64,000 bases of DNA, taken from contig JBKXSZ010000005.1 of assembly GCA_047017005.1 (NCBI GenBank), forward strand, positions 6,934 to 70,933, given 5' to 3'. Source of the stretch: Clostridia bacterium (lineage in GTDB: Bacteria; Bacillota; Clostridia; TANB77; CAG-508). Within the stretch, counting starts at the first letter, position 1; each line of letters opens with the position of its first letter. Below the pieces are notes generated by a model. It saw only the letters and a list, made by a program, of their open reading frames with translations, searched no databases and was not told the DNA's origin. The position numbers and the translations under genes are program-made. Positions 8,890 to 19,169 of this stretch are shown piece by piece.

Positions 8890-10860
8890 ATGGAAAGCTA
8901 TGGAACAAAAAAGTATTTAGAGTTATTAAGTAAAGAATATCGAAATATTGCAGAAGTATCTGAAGAGATTATTAACTTGCAAGCAATTTTGAATCTTCCT
9001 AAAGGAACAGAAGTGTTTTTAAGTGATATTCATGGAGAGTATGATTCTTTTAATCATATTTTAAATAGTGGTTCTGGCATTATAAGAAGTAAGATTGAAG
9101 CTATTTTCGGAAACACTATAACAGAGGAAGAACGAAATAGTTTAGCGACTCTTATCTACTATCCAGAAGAAAAACTAGCAATGGTGAAAAAGGAAGTAAA
9201 AAAAGAAAATTTAAAAGAATGGTATAGTTTAGTTTTGTATCGATTAGTACAAGTAGCAAGAGAAGTAACATCTAAATATACCCGTTCTAAAGTAAGAAAA
9301 GCACTTCCTAAAGAGTTTGACTATATTTTAGATGAATTATTGCATTTTAATGGTGGAAGTGGAACGGATAAGGAAGCCTACTATAAACAAATTATTCAAA
9401 GTATTATCGACCTTCATCGTGCCGATGAATTTATAGAAGCTATTTCAGCTGTTATTAAAAGAATGGCGATAGACCATCTTCATTTGTTAGGAGATATCTA
9501 TGATAGAGGGCCGAATCCAGATTTAATTATAGAGGATTTGATGAAATTTCATAGCTTAGATATTCAAATCGGAAATCATGAAGTTTTATGGATGGGAGCC
9601 GCATCTGGAAATGAAACGATGATTGCAAATGTAGTTCGCATTTGTGCTAGATATGATAATTTAGGGCTATTAGAAGAATATGGTATTAACTTAACACCGG
9701 TTATGGAATATGCAATGGAACAATATAAAGAGGATACTTGTGAGAATTTTATGCCTAAAATATTAGAAAATAGAAAACGTAGTAGTAGTGATGTTAGCAA
9801 AATTGCAAAAGTACAAAAGGCAATGGCTATACTACAATTTAAATTAGAAGGAAACTTGCTGTTAAAACATCCAGAATATGAAATGGATTCTCGTTTGTTA
9901 TTAGATAAAGTAGAATATAACAGTAAGACTATCATAATCAATGGAAAACAATATCACTTAACAGATACAAACTTCCCAACAGTGGATAGAAGATATCCAT
10001 ATGCTCTTACAAAAGAGGAGAGTGAATTAATAGAAAAATTAAAGAATAGTTTTCGAAATAGTGAAAAATTAAATAAGCATATTGCTTTCCTATATGCAAA
10101 AGGAAGTGTTTATACTACCTTTAATTCTAACCTGCTATTCCATGGCTGCATTCCATTAGATGAAAAGGGAAATATGAAGAAGGTTAAAATAATGGGAGGA
10201 CAATATAAAGGAAAAAATTATTTAGATTATGTAGGAACACTTCTTCATAAAGCCTACTTTGAAACAGATGAAATCGAAAATCATGAAGCAAATGTAGATG
10301 TGATGTGGTTTTTATGGTGTAGTCCAGATTCTCCTTTTTTCGGAAAAGATAAAGCAGCTACTTTTGAACGCTATTTGATTCAGGAATTAGAAGCACATAA
10401 AGAAGTAGAAAATCCATACTATCGTTTTGTAGAAGAAGAGAAAGTGTGTAATAAAATCTTAGAAGAATTTGAATTAAATCCAGAAACTTCTCATATTATT
10501 AATGGACATGTTCCTGTTAAGAGTAATTTAGATGAAAGCCCAATTCGTGCTGGTGGAAAACTGATTATCACAGATGGAGAGTTCTTAAAAGCATATAAAC
10601 CAAAATCAGAAAGAACGGGATATACCTTAACATATAATTCGTATGGATTAGTGTTAACAGAAAATCAAAATTTTACAACAAGAAGAAAAGCAATCAAAGA
10701 AGAAATTTCAAAGAGAAAAGAAATTTTTGTAACAAATGGCGCATTAAATAGAAAACGTGTGGCAGATACGGATATAGGGAAGAGATTAAAAAGTGAGATT
10801 TCAGATTTAAAAATGTTACTTGCCGCTTATCGTGAAGGAATGATTAAAGAAAAGAGATAG
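8890..10860 (+). CDS. fbp: fructose-1,6-bisphosphatase class 3
   Basis: 656 aa. N-terminus YLELLSKEYRNI...LSDIHGEYDSF and metallophosphatase motifs (GDIYDRGP, GNHE). Confidence 0.9.
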   Translation: MESYGTKKYLELLSKEYRNIAEVSEEIINLQAILNLPKGTEVFLSDIHGEYDSFNHILNSGSGIIRSKIEAIFGNTITEEERNSLATLIYYPEEKLAMVKKEVKKENLKEWYSLVLYRLVQVAREVTSKYTRSKVRKALPKEFDYILDELLHFNGGSGTDKEAYYKQIIQSIIDLHRADEFIEAISAVIKRMAIDHLHLLGDIYDRGPNPDLIIEDLMKFHSLDIQIGNHEVLWMGAASGNETMIANVVRICARYDNLGLLEEYGINLTPVMEYAMEQYKEDTCENFMPKILENRKRSSSDVSKIAKVQKAMAILQFKLEGNLLLKHPEYEMDSRLLLDKVEYNSKTIIINGKQYHLTDTNFPTVDRRYPYALTKEESELIEKLKNSFRNSEKLNKHIAFLYAKGSVYTTFNSNLLFHGCIPLDEKGNMKKVKIMGGQYKGKNYLDYVGTLLHKAYFETDEIENHEANVDVMWFLWCSPDSPFFGKDKAATFERYLIQELEAHKEVENPYYRFVEEEKVCNKILEEFELNPETSHIINGHVPVKSNLDESPIRAGGKLIITDGEFLKAYKPKSERTGYTLTYNSYGLVLTENQNFTTRRKAIKEEISKRKEIFVTNGALNRKRVADTDIGKRLKSEISDLKMLLAAYREGMIKEKR

Positions 10861-10938
10861 AACATCTAGTCAGTTTTATTGAAAGTAAAAAGGAATAACT
10901 GTATAATAGCCCTATAAAGAAAATAAAAGGAGGAAAAT

Positions 10939-11841
10939 ATGGCTCTTAAAGTAGAAAATGTAAGTAAAAGTTTTGGAGAGAAAAAAGCTGTAAATAACAT
11001 ATCTTTTACCATTGATAAACCAGGTGTGTTTGGATTATTAGGAACAAATGGCGCAGGGAAAACGACAACGATTCGTATGATATTAGGAATCATTACAAAA
11101 GATAGAGGAACCATTACTTGGAATGGAAAAGAAGTAAAAAGAAAACATGTTAATTTTGGATATATGCCAGAAGAAAGAGGAGTGTATCCAAAGTCAAAAG
11201 TAATAGACCAACTACTATATTTTGCAGAACTAAAAGGAATGAAAAGACAAGAAGCACAGCAAGCAATTGATAAATGGCTAAAAAGACTTCATATGGAAGA
11301 ATATAAAATGATGGCAGCAGAAAAATTATCAAAAGGAAATCAACAAAAAATACAATTTATTATTGCTGTCATGAATGATCCAGAGCTTGTTATATTAGAT
11401 GAACCATTTAGTGGATTAGACCCAGTAAATACAGAGCAATTAAAAGAAGTGATTCTAGAGTTAGTACAAGAAGGAAAATACATCGTTATGTCAGGACATC
11501 AAATGAGTTCAATTGAAGAATTTTGCCGTGATATTTTAATTTTAAACCGAGGAAAAACTGTTTTAAAGGGTAACTTAAAAGAAATAAAAGACTCTTATCC
11601 AGCAAGAACAATTGAAGTTTCTTGTAATCAGAATATAGAAGAAGAAATTAAACAAGTAGGGTTAACCATTCAAAATGAAGTGAATTATCACTATACATTA
11701 AATATTGGAGAAGAAAAACAAGGAGAAGAGCTATTTCAATTATTAGCACAAAAAAGAATACCAATTACAAAATTTGAAATAAAGAAACCAAGTTTACATG
11801 ATATCTTTATTGAAAAAGTAGAAGAAGGGGGAGACAAATAG
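10939..11841 (+). CDS. ABC transporter ATP-binding protein (NatA-like)
   Basis: Walker A GTNGAGKTT, signature LSKGNQQK, Walker B LVILDEP. Confidence 0.85.
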   Translation: MALKVENVSKSFGEKKAVNNISFTIDKPGVFGLLGTNGAGKTTTIRMILGIITKDRGTITWNGKEVKRKHVNFGYMPEERGVYPKSKVIDQLLYFAELKGMKRQEAQQAIDKWLKRLHMEEYKMMAAEKLSKGNQQKIQFIIAVMNDPELVILDEPFSGLDPVNTEQLKEVILELVQEGKYIVMSGHQMSSIEEFCRDILILNRGKTVLKGNLKEIKDSYPARTIEVSCNQNIEEEIKQVGLTIQNEVNYHYTLNIGEEKQGEELFQLLAQKRIPITKFEIKKPSLHDIFIEKVEEGGDK

Positions 11842-11842
11842 T

Positions 11843-13081
11843 ATGAGAGATTTATGGATTGTAGCAAAATATACGGCAAAAGAAATGATAAAAAGAAAAT
11901 CCTTCTTGATTTCTACTCTGCTCATATTACTTCTAATTGTAGTAGGATTTAATATCCCCAATATCATGGGAGCTTTTAAAGGAAATAATGTAAATGAAAC
12001 GAAAGAAAACATCATGATTGTAGACCCACAAAATGTTTACGAAGGAACCTTAGGAGCTTTTAATGAAATGGATTTGGGGTATCAATTTGAAATAGTAAAT
12101 GAAGAGCTAAGTATGAATACCATTAAAGAAAAAATTGAAAAAGACGAAATAGAAGCGGCTATTGTTATCAGTAAAAATCAAAATGGAGTTACGGCTAATT
12201 ATATAACAGATAGCTTGGGATTTTCTGGAGTATCCAGTGAATTAGGAATCGCTTTTGAAGAACAATATAAAAATTTACAAATTCAAAAAGCTGGATTATC
12301 AGCAGAGCAAATGGCCAATATTAATACGCCAATAAATTTAACAACCACAGAGATGAAAGAAGGTTCTTCTGGTACGATGCTAGTAATAGCTATGATACTT
12401 TGCATTTTGTTATTCTATGCAATATACTTCTGCGCTTATCAGGTATCAAGCTCTATTACCACAGAAAAAACATCTAAAATTATGGAGACATTAGTCACTT
12501 CAACGAAACCAAGTAATATTGTTATTGGAAAAACATTAGGAATTGGATTAGTTGGATTGTTACAAGTAGGAGCAATTGTATTAACAGCATTTATTTCCTA
12601 TCAGTTATTTATGCCAAAAGGAATGTTAGAAGGTATTTTTGATGTTAGCAAGATTACACCGATGTTCGTAATTGTGACTTTTATCTATTTCATTTTAGGA
12701 TATATCCTATATGCTTTCCTATATGCGCTAACAGGTTCTACTGTAAGTAAGCCAGAAGATATTAATTCAGCCAATAGCCCAATTGCAATATTAGCAGTTA
12801 TTTCCTTCTACCTAGCATATTTCTCTATGATGAATCCAATGAGCAGTATTAACAGCTTTGCAGGAATGTTTCCATTCTCCTCACCATTTAGTATGCCATT
12901 TAAGATAATCGGAGGAACTGCGGGAATAGGAGAAGTGTTACTATCTCTTGCTATTTTAATTGTCACTATTTTTGTAATAGCAAGAATTGCAATTCGTATC
13001 TATTCTTCTGCCATTTTACATTATGGAAGTAAATTAAGCTTAAAAGATATTTTAACAATGTATAAAGATAAAAATAACTAA
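11843..13081 (+). CDS. ABC-2 type transporter permease (NatB-like)
   Basis: 412 aa with an N-terminal TM, a large extracytoplasmic loop and a C-terminal multi-TM block. The start is coupled to the ATPase stop. Confidence 0.8.
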   Translation: MRDLWIVAKYTAKEMIKRKSFLISTLLILLLIVVGFNIPNIMGAFKGNNVNETKENIMIVDPQNVYEGTLGAFNEMDLGYQFEIVNEELSMNTIKEKIEKDEIEAAIVISKNQNGVTANYITDSLGFSGVSSELGIAFEEQYKNLQIQKAGLSAEQMANINTPINLTTTEMKEGSSGTMLVIAMILCILLFYAIYFCAYQVSSSITTEKTSKIMETLVTSTKPSNIVIGKTLGIGLVGLLQVGAIVLTAFISYQLFMPKGMLEGIFDVSKITPMFVIVTFIYFILGYILYAFLYALTGSTVSKPEDINSANSPIAILAVISFYLAYFSMMNPMSSINSFAGMFPFSSPFSMPFKIIGGTAGIGEVLLSLAILIVTIFVIARIAIRIYSSAILHYGSKLSLKDILTMYKDKNN

Positions 13082-13371
13082 AAAATAAAGTAAAAATAAA
13101 AAATAGAAATGAAAAAGAGAGGGACTCCTAAGATAGGGAGTTCCTTTATAATCTGTATTAATAATTGGCTAGAATAATTTCTTATAGACCTTTAGTAAAT
13201 GGGAGATAGAATAATAAGAAAGCACAAAAGAGAATGTAAAGTTTTGCTGTATAGTAAGATGAAATCCTATTAAGGACTCCATAGAAAGAAGAAAATGAAG
13301 AAAAGATAAAAAAGAATTGACCAATTGTTTTTCTTTCGATAGAATAAAAAGAAAATGAAGAGGGAAAATAG

Positions 13372-14724
13372 ATGAAAATAGATTTACCAAGAGAATTAGC
13401 GATGCAAATACTATATAAAATAGAAAATGAAAAAGCATATAGTAATATTGTGTTAAATAAGGAAATAGAAAAAAATAGAGAAAAATTATCGGGAAGGGAT
13501 ATTGGATTTATATCCGAAATTGTTTATGGAACCGTAACTTGGAAGTTAACGATTGACAGTGTTATTGAAATGCATTCTAAGATAAAGTTGAAAAAAATAT
13601 CGCCATATGTATTAGCGATTCTTAGAACAGCTGCCTATCAAATTCTTTTTTTAGATAAAGTGCCAAAATCAGCTGCTGTAAATGAAGCGGTAAATTTGTC
13701 AAAAAAATATGCCTATCGTTCTACAGGTTTTATTAACGCAATATTACGCAAAATAGAAAAAGATGATTTAGAAAAGCTAGAGAACCTCCCTATAAAAGAA
13801 AGAATTTGCAAAAGATATAGTATGCCAATGTGGCTGTTAGAAGAGCTAGAAGAAGAATATGATTTAGAACAAATCGAAGAAATTGCAATACAAAATAATA
13901 AAGTACCGGAGCTAACCATACGTATCAATTCATTAAAAACGACAAAAGAAGAGCTAAAAGCGAAATTAGCAAAAGAGGGAATAGAAGCTGTGGACGCTAA
14001 ACTAAAAGATTTTTTAGTAGTTAAAGGAATAAAAGATATATCTCATCTACCTTTATTTCAGAACGGCTATTTTACTTTTCAGGACCAAGCTGCTGGACTT
14101 GCTGCTATCCTAGTACAGGCAAAACCAGGTGAAAAGGTTTTAGATGCTTGTAGTGCACCAGGAGGAAAAACAACTTATCTTGCAGAAAGAATGGGTGACA
14201 AAGGAAGTATTAATGCTTGGGATTTACATGCTCATCGTGCAAAATTAATTCAAGAAGCAAGTGATAGATTAGGAATTCATATTATTCATACAGAAGAAAA
14301 AGATAGTAGGGTATTAGATAAAAAACTTATTCAAACTTATGACAAAATTTTATTAGATGTTCCTTGCATGGGAATAGGAGTAATTCGAAGAAAACCAGAT
14401 ATTAAATGGACACATACAAAGGATGAAATTAAAGAGATAACAGAACTACAGTTCAACATATTACACACTTGTGCTAACTATTTAAAACAGGGAGGAAGAT
14501 TGGTTTATTCGACTTGTAGTATTTTAAAAGAAGAAAATGAAAAAAATGTCGAAAAATTTTTGAAAACGAAATTAGGAAATGAATTTTTTGTAGAAAATTT
14601 GGATAAAATAGAAGAAAAAGAATTAAAAAAATATGAAAAACAAATAGAAAAAAACAAATATATAAAATTGCTTCCTTCCTTAGAAAATGATGGCTTTTTC
14701 ATTACGATTTTAACCAGAAAATAA
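13372..14724 (+). CDS. rsmB: 16S rRNA (cytosine967-C5)-methyltransferase RsmB
   Basis: NusB-like N-terminus followed by DACSAPGGKT, ILLDVPCMGIGVIRRKPD and YSTCS motifs. Confidence 0.9.
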   Translation: MKIDLPRELAMQILYKIENEKAYSNIVLNKEIEKNREKLSGRDIGFISEIVYGTVTWKLTIDSVIEMHSKIKLKKISPYVLAILRTAAYQILFLDKVPKSAAVNEAVNLSKKYAYRSTGFINAILRKIEKDDLEKLENLPIKERICKRYSMPMWLLEELEEEYDLEQIEEIAIQNNKVPELTIRINSLKTTKEELKAKLAKEGIEAVDAKLKDFLVVKGIKDISHLPLFQNGYFTFQDQAAGLAAILVQAKPGEKVLDACSAPGGKTTYLAERMGDKGSINAWDLHAHRAKLIQEASDRLGIHIIHTEEKDSRVLDKKLIQTYDKILLDVPCMGIGVIRRKPDIKWTHTKDEIKEITELQFNILHTCANYLKQGGRLVYSTCSILKEENEKNVEKFLKTKLGNEFFVENLDKIEEKELKKYEKQIEKNKYIKLLPSLENDGFFITILTRK

Positions 14725-14949
14725 AGAAAAAACACCTATATTACAAATATATTACATTTGGGTTACGGTTATGTTAAAGGCCTTGACTTTTCTATAGAAA
14801 ACGATAAAATAAAAGAAAATAAGACCGGCAAATGCAAAAAATAACAGAAAAAGTAAAAACTTGTATAAAAGGTAAAAAATACAAGTATTCTTTATCTTTT
14901 ATTGCGGAGTATAATAAATAGAAAGAAAAAAGAAAATAAGGAGAATACA

Positions 14950-16596
14950 ATGCCAACTTGCTTAGGATTATATATCGAGAACAATTTAATTAAATATGCA
15001 AAAGTCTCCAGGGACAAAAACACAATAAAAGTAGATGCTTTTGGAATTAAAGTTTATGATAATATAGGTGCTGCTATTTCACAGATAGTAGAAGAGACTT
15101 TTAGCTTTAAAACTCCGATTAGTATAAATTTATCGGATGAAATGTATAACTACTTTAATATGTTTGCGCTATTGAACAAGAAAGACATGTATAAAGCAAT
15201 ACAAACTTCATTTGAATCTTATTGCTTTGATAAAGGATATAACAAAAATGTATTTGAGAATCGATATGTATTGACTGCAAACCCTGGAGAAAATGAGCAG
15301 GTGAAAGCAATATATGTTTCTGCAAATAAAACAGAAATAACAGGAAAGATTCAACAATTTGAAGGAAAACATTTAACGACTATTACGCCATTACCAATGG
15401 CTATTACCAATTTGATTGATTTAAAAGAAAAAGAAAATTGTATTATTGTAAATATAGAAGAAAAAACTACTTTAACCACTATACTAGGAGATAAAGTATA
15501 CCATATAGATACCTTCGAAGAGGGAATGGGAGATATTTTAAACAAAATTAATTTAAAAGAAAACTCTTATACAAGAGCATATGAAATATGTAAAAATACA
15601 ACCATTTATACAACAGCTGCAAAAGACCTGCAAATAGATGATGATAATGAATATCTAGAAGAAATCATGCCTACTTTATATAACATTTTGGAACATGTAA
15701 AACAGAATTTAACAACTAGTTTAAATAAAATTGATAAAATATATTTAACTGGTACAGCAGCGATTATTAACAATGTGGACTTATATTTCCAAGAAAACTT
15801 AAGTAAAGTTAAATGCGAAATATTAAAACCGTATTTTATTGATAAAGCAACATTAACTAAGTTAAATGTAAAAGATTATATCGAGGTAAACTCTGCTATT
15901 GCTTTAGGACTTCAAGGTTTAGGATTAGGAATCAAAGAAATGAATTTCAAAAAGGAAAGCTTATTAGATAAACTAAACGTAGAAATAAACTTCGGAAAAT
16001 CATCTAATAAGAAACCAACCAAAGAAGGAAGAAAGTCAATAGATATAGCGAGCTTGCTACATTTTACAAATGATTTAGGACAACCACTCGATAAAGTAGA
16101 AAAAAATATGCTTCGTGGGGTAGGAGGGATTGCTGCAGTTCTTATTATTTTCATTTTATTCTCAGGTTTTATGAACAGTGGGATGAAAAAGAAAATGAAA
16201 CAAGCAGATATGGTAATTAGTGATACAAATAGTAAAATTGCACAAATCGATTCTACGAAAACAAGTTTAGATACTGTAAAAGACTCTTATCATGGATTAA
16301 ATCAAAAAATACAACAATTAGTAGATAAAGAAGATGATAAATCTAAGAAAAAAGACGCAATACCAAATTTCTTAAATCAAATTATGTTTATTATGCCTAA
16401 AAATGCACAATTAACATCAATCGAAAATACAAGTGATAAACATATCAAGATAAACGCACAATCTGAAAAATATGAACAGCTAGGATACTTAGTAGCAAAA
16501 ATAAAAGCAGATGGTATTTTAAATAATGTCACATCCGATAGTGGAGTAAAAGAAGGAAATATCATCAAAATTACAATAGAAGGAGATTTGCCATGA
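14950..16596 (+). CDS. pilMN: type IV pilus assembly protein PilM-PilN fusion
   Basis: AAGGAG lies 7 nt before ATG 14950. Has an actin-like PilM N-terminal part, then a TM segment (GIAAVLIIFILFSGF) and a PilN-like coiled-coil tail. It is the first gene of the pil cluster. Confidence 0.75.
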   Translation: MPTCLGLYIENNLIKYAKVSRDKNTIKVDAFGIKVYDNIGAAISQIVEETFSFKTPISINLSDEMYNYFNMFALLNKKDMYKAIQTSFESYCFDKGYNKNVFENRYVLTANPGENEQVKAIYVSANKTEITGKIQQFEGKHLTTITPLPMAITNLIDLKEKENCIIVNIEEKTTLTTILGDKVYHIDTFEEGMGDILNKINLKENSYTRAYEICKNTTIYTTAAKDLQIDDDNEYLEEIMPTLYNILEHVKQNLTTSLNKIDKIYLTGTAAIINNVDLYFQENLSKVKCEILKPYFIDKATLTKLNVKDYIEVNSAIALGLQGLGLGIKEMNFKKESLLDKLNVEINFGKSSNKKPTKEGRKSIDIASLLHFTNDLGQPLDKVEKNMLRGVGGIAAVLIIFILFSGFMNSGMKKKMKQADMVISDTNSKIAQIDSTKTSLDTVKDSYHGLNQKIQQLVDKEDDKSKKKDAIPNFLNQIMFIMPKNAQLTSIENTSDKHIKINAQSEKYEQLGYLVAKIKADGILNNVTSDSGVKEGNIIKITIEGDLP

Positions 16597-17438
16597 AAAA
16601 ACTATTAATTATTTTCTCCATCATTGTGTTATGCATATTAACTATTCTTACCATGCTAAATGGTTTTCAAATAGGAAATATGCAGGTATTGGGATTTCAA
16701 GGAATGAAAGTTCAAAAAGAAGAATTATCAGATAAAATAAGACAAGCCAGTGAATTAACAAGTAAGGATTATAGCCAAAAGTTGGGCGAAGTTACTTCTT
16801 CTGCTAGTGAGCTAAAAAAAGAAAAAGATAAGTATGAAGATAATTTGATTTATAGTACAGAAGAAGAAATACAAAAAGCGTTAAGTCCAAATCCATATGA
16901 AGTAGAATTCTTATGGGCACAAATAGGAAAACATGCAACTGCTCAAGGAGTTAACTTAAAACTAGAAATACTAAAAGGAACCACAAACAACTATTACAAC
17001 TTACAATTTACAGCAACAGGTGGATATATTGGATTAACAGATTTTATTTACGCATTAGAAGATGACAGTGACTTAGAATTTAAAATTGAAAACTTTAAGC
17101 TAGTTCCAAATACTGCTACAGCAACAACTACAACAACGAATAATAACAATAATACTGCAAATAATAATACTGCAAATAACAATACTGCTACCAACAATAC
17201 TAATACGACAACTGGTGCAGGTGCTTTAAAAGCTACCTTTATTGTAAAAGATGTTTTAATTAATTTAAAGAATGTATCGACAACAACAAATGAATCTAAT
17301 AACAATACAGTAACACAACCAAATGAAGCTGCTGGTAACACAGACCAAAATCAAAACACCGAAAACCAAAATAATACAAACACACAGAATAATACAAACA
17401 CAAATACAGAGGGACAGGCAAATAACACAGCACAATAA
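16593..17438 (+). CDS. pilO: PilO-like pilus assembly protein with an Asn/Thr-rich low-complexity tail
   Basis: N-terminal TM, coiled coil and a PilO-like fold region (YYNLQFTATGGYIGLTDFIYALE). Overlaps the pilMN stop by 4 nt. Confidence 0.65.
   Translation: MKKLLIIFSIIVLCILTILTMLNGFQIGNMQVLGFQGMKVQKEELSDKIRQASELTSKDYSQKLGEVTSSASELKKEKDKYEDNLIYSTEEEIQKALSPNPYEVEFLWAQIGKHATAQGVNLKLEILKGTTNNYYNLQFTATGGYIGLTDFIYALEDDSDLEFKIENFKLVPNTATATTTTTNNNNNTANNNTANNNTATNNTNTTTGAGALKATFIVKDVLINLKNVSTTTNESNNNTVTQPNEAAGNTDQNQNTENQNNTNTQNNTNTNTEGQANNTAQ
17139..17205 (+). repeat. in-frame 15-nt tandem repeats (aat aat aat act gca; NNNTA units)
   Basis: About three consecutive near-identical 15-nt units inside the pilO-like tail. 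Confidence 0.55.
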
Positions 17439-17463
17439 ATAAACAGAAAAAGAGGAGAAAGCG

Positions 17464-17919
17464 ATGCCTAAAAAAATGATGAAAGAAATAGTGATTGCAC
17501 TTCTATTTTGTCTTGTAATAGCTTTAGTATATGGAGTGATTTTATATGACTATAGCCCTAGTTCAGGAGTTATTCCACAACAAGTAGAAGCTTATGTACC
17601 ATCACAAGAAATACAAAATATATTAGATGAACAAAAAGATAGTCAATCACCAATTGTAACTTTTGATACGAATAGTACAGGGGATAATAAAGGAATTTCA
17701 CAAGATGAATTAAAGAATTATGAAAAATCAAAAATTGTAGACCCTGGAAAATCAGATCCATTTGCGTCTTATGGAGAAGACAGTTCTGCAAGGACAGAAA
17801 ATGGAGATAATGTTACCAATACTGGTAATGGAAGTTCTTCTACTACCAATCAAGAAAGTACAAACAAAAATGGAGATAGCTCAACCGGCACTTTCTTTGA
17901 AAAACCAGGTGGTAAATAA
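17464..17919 (+). CDS. membrane-anchored pilus accessory protein (PilP-like, weak)
   Basis: 151 aa with an N-terminal TM, a GKSDPF motif and a low-complexity tail. The call is based on position between pilO and the pilin gene. Confidence 0.4.
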   Translation: MPKKMMKEIVIALLFCLVIALVYGVILYDYSPSSGVIPQQVEAYVPSQEIQNILDEQKDSQSPIVTFDTNSTGDNKGISQDELKNYEKSKIVDPGKSDPFASYGEDSSARTENGDNVTNTGNGSSSTTNQESTNKNGDSSTGTFFEKPGGK

Positions 17920-17992
17920 TAATATTCGGTTATATTTATTTAATATAGATATACACAAACTAAAGAAAATCTTAAAAAGGAGGAATTTATTT

Positions 17993-18202
17993 ATGTTTAA
18001 GAAAGAAAAAGGTATTACATTAGTTGCTTTAGTAGTAACAATCATCATTCTTTTAATCTTAGCAGGAGTTTCAATTTATTTTGCAACTAACACTGGATTA
18101 ATCGGAAAAGCTCAACAAGCAGTTGATGAGTCTAAAAATGCTGGACTAAATGAAAACAACACATTAAATGAAGCAGAACAAATGATAAACAATTACTTAT
18201 AG
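17993..18202 (+). CDS. short type IV (pseudo)pilin-like protein, non-canonical prepilin signal
   Basis: AAAGGAGG lies 9 nt before ATG 17993. MFKKEKG|ITLVALVVTIIILLILAGVSIYF..., 69 aa in total. The longer track ORF from 17762 is an upstream extension with no RBS. Confidence 0.7.
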   Translation: MFKKEKGITLVALVVTIIILLILAGVSIYFATNTGLIGKAQQAVDESKNAGLNENNTLNEAEQMINNYL

Positions 18203-18317
18203 GATTTTAAGTGGTAGTTTAATTAAGTTACAACCAATGGGGCGTATGCATGATTTATGTATATGCCCTAACTATTATAATAAGAAAGTAGCAGAAGGAA
18301 AAACAAGGGAGAAAAAC

Positions 18318-19151
18318 ATGGAAGTAATTATATATCTATTAATTTTTATAATGGGAACTTTTTTTGGAAGCTTTTTTACTTTAGCAACTTATCGTATGCC
18401 AATAGGTGAAAACATTACATATAAGCAATCATTTTGCCCAAATTGTAAACACAAACTAGGAATATGGGATTTGATTCCTATTTTTAGCTATGTGTTTTTA
18501 GGAGGAAAATGTAGATATTGTAAGCAACCAATAAAAATTCGATATTTATTATTTGAAGTACTTTCTGGATTTGTATTTTTACTAGTTGCACTATCGTTAA
18601 GAATAGACCTTTATCAAATGCAAGAAGGGCAAATAATATGTTTTGTTTTTGGTATTTTATATTTAGTAAGTCTATTTTTAATTGCGGGAATTGATAAAGA
18701 AACCAATAAAATTCAATGTTCCGTATTATTATATGGATTGGTAGTAGTGACATGCTATATACTATATCTATATATAGTACAACATATTAATATATATAGA
18801 TATGTTATATATCTTGTTATCATGCTAGTATTAGTATTAGCAGATACTATTACTTTAAGAAAAAAAGCAGAAAGTAATTATACTATTCAAATTTTAACTT
18901 TATGTATATATCTTGTTCTATTTTCAGGAGAGCAGGCTTTTGTATTAACGGTTGCTTTTACTCTATTATTAATTGCAATCCAACTTATAGTACATAATAT
19001 AAAGGCAAAAAAGCAAAAAATACAATCAGAGAAAATAAGTAAATTAGTAAATAAAAAACAATATTATATTCCAATTGGATTCTATTTATGTGCAAGTAAT
19101 ATTTTTGTTATTTTATTAGCAGGATTTTTTTGCAATTATATTTTATATTAA
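18318..19151 (+). CDS. pilD: prepilin peptidase (A24 family, divergent)
   Basis: N-terminal CPNC...CRYC zinc-type motif region (FCPNCKHKLGIWDLIPIFSYVFLGGKCRYCKQPI) followed by multiple TM segments. ATG 18318 is preceded by AAGGGAG. Confidence 0.8.
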   Translation: MEVIIYLLIFIMGTFFGSFFTLATYRMPIGENITYKQSFCPNCKHKLGIWDLIPIFSYVFLGGKCRYCKQPIKIRYLLFEVLSGFVFLLVALSLRIDLYQMQEGQIICFVFGILYLVSLFLIAGIDKETNKIQCSVLLYGLVVVTCYILYLYIVQHINIYRYVIYLVIMLVLVLADTITLRKKAESNYTIQILTLCIYLVLFSGEQAFVLTVAFTLLLIAIQLIVHNIKAKKQKIQSEKISKLVNKKQYYIPIGFYLCASNIFVILLAGFFCNYILY

Positions 19152-19169
19152 AAAATAAAGGTGGTAAAT

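Noticed and set aside
14902-14949. N-terminal extensions of track ORFs: 14902 for pilMN, 17762 for the pilin, 18237 for pilD, 33367 for the orphan, 58176 for pdaA and 49211 for glmS.
   Set aside because: In each case a good RBS precedes an internal start that yields the family-typical N-terminus. The extensions lack an RBS or begin with TTG/GTG abutting the RBS.
17048-17341. 97-aa minus-strand ORF inside the pilO-like gene.
   Set aside because: It is the antisense reading of the Asn/Thr repeat region (V/L/F-rich), which is an artefact of repeat composition.
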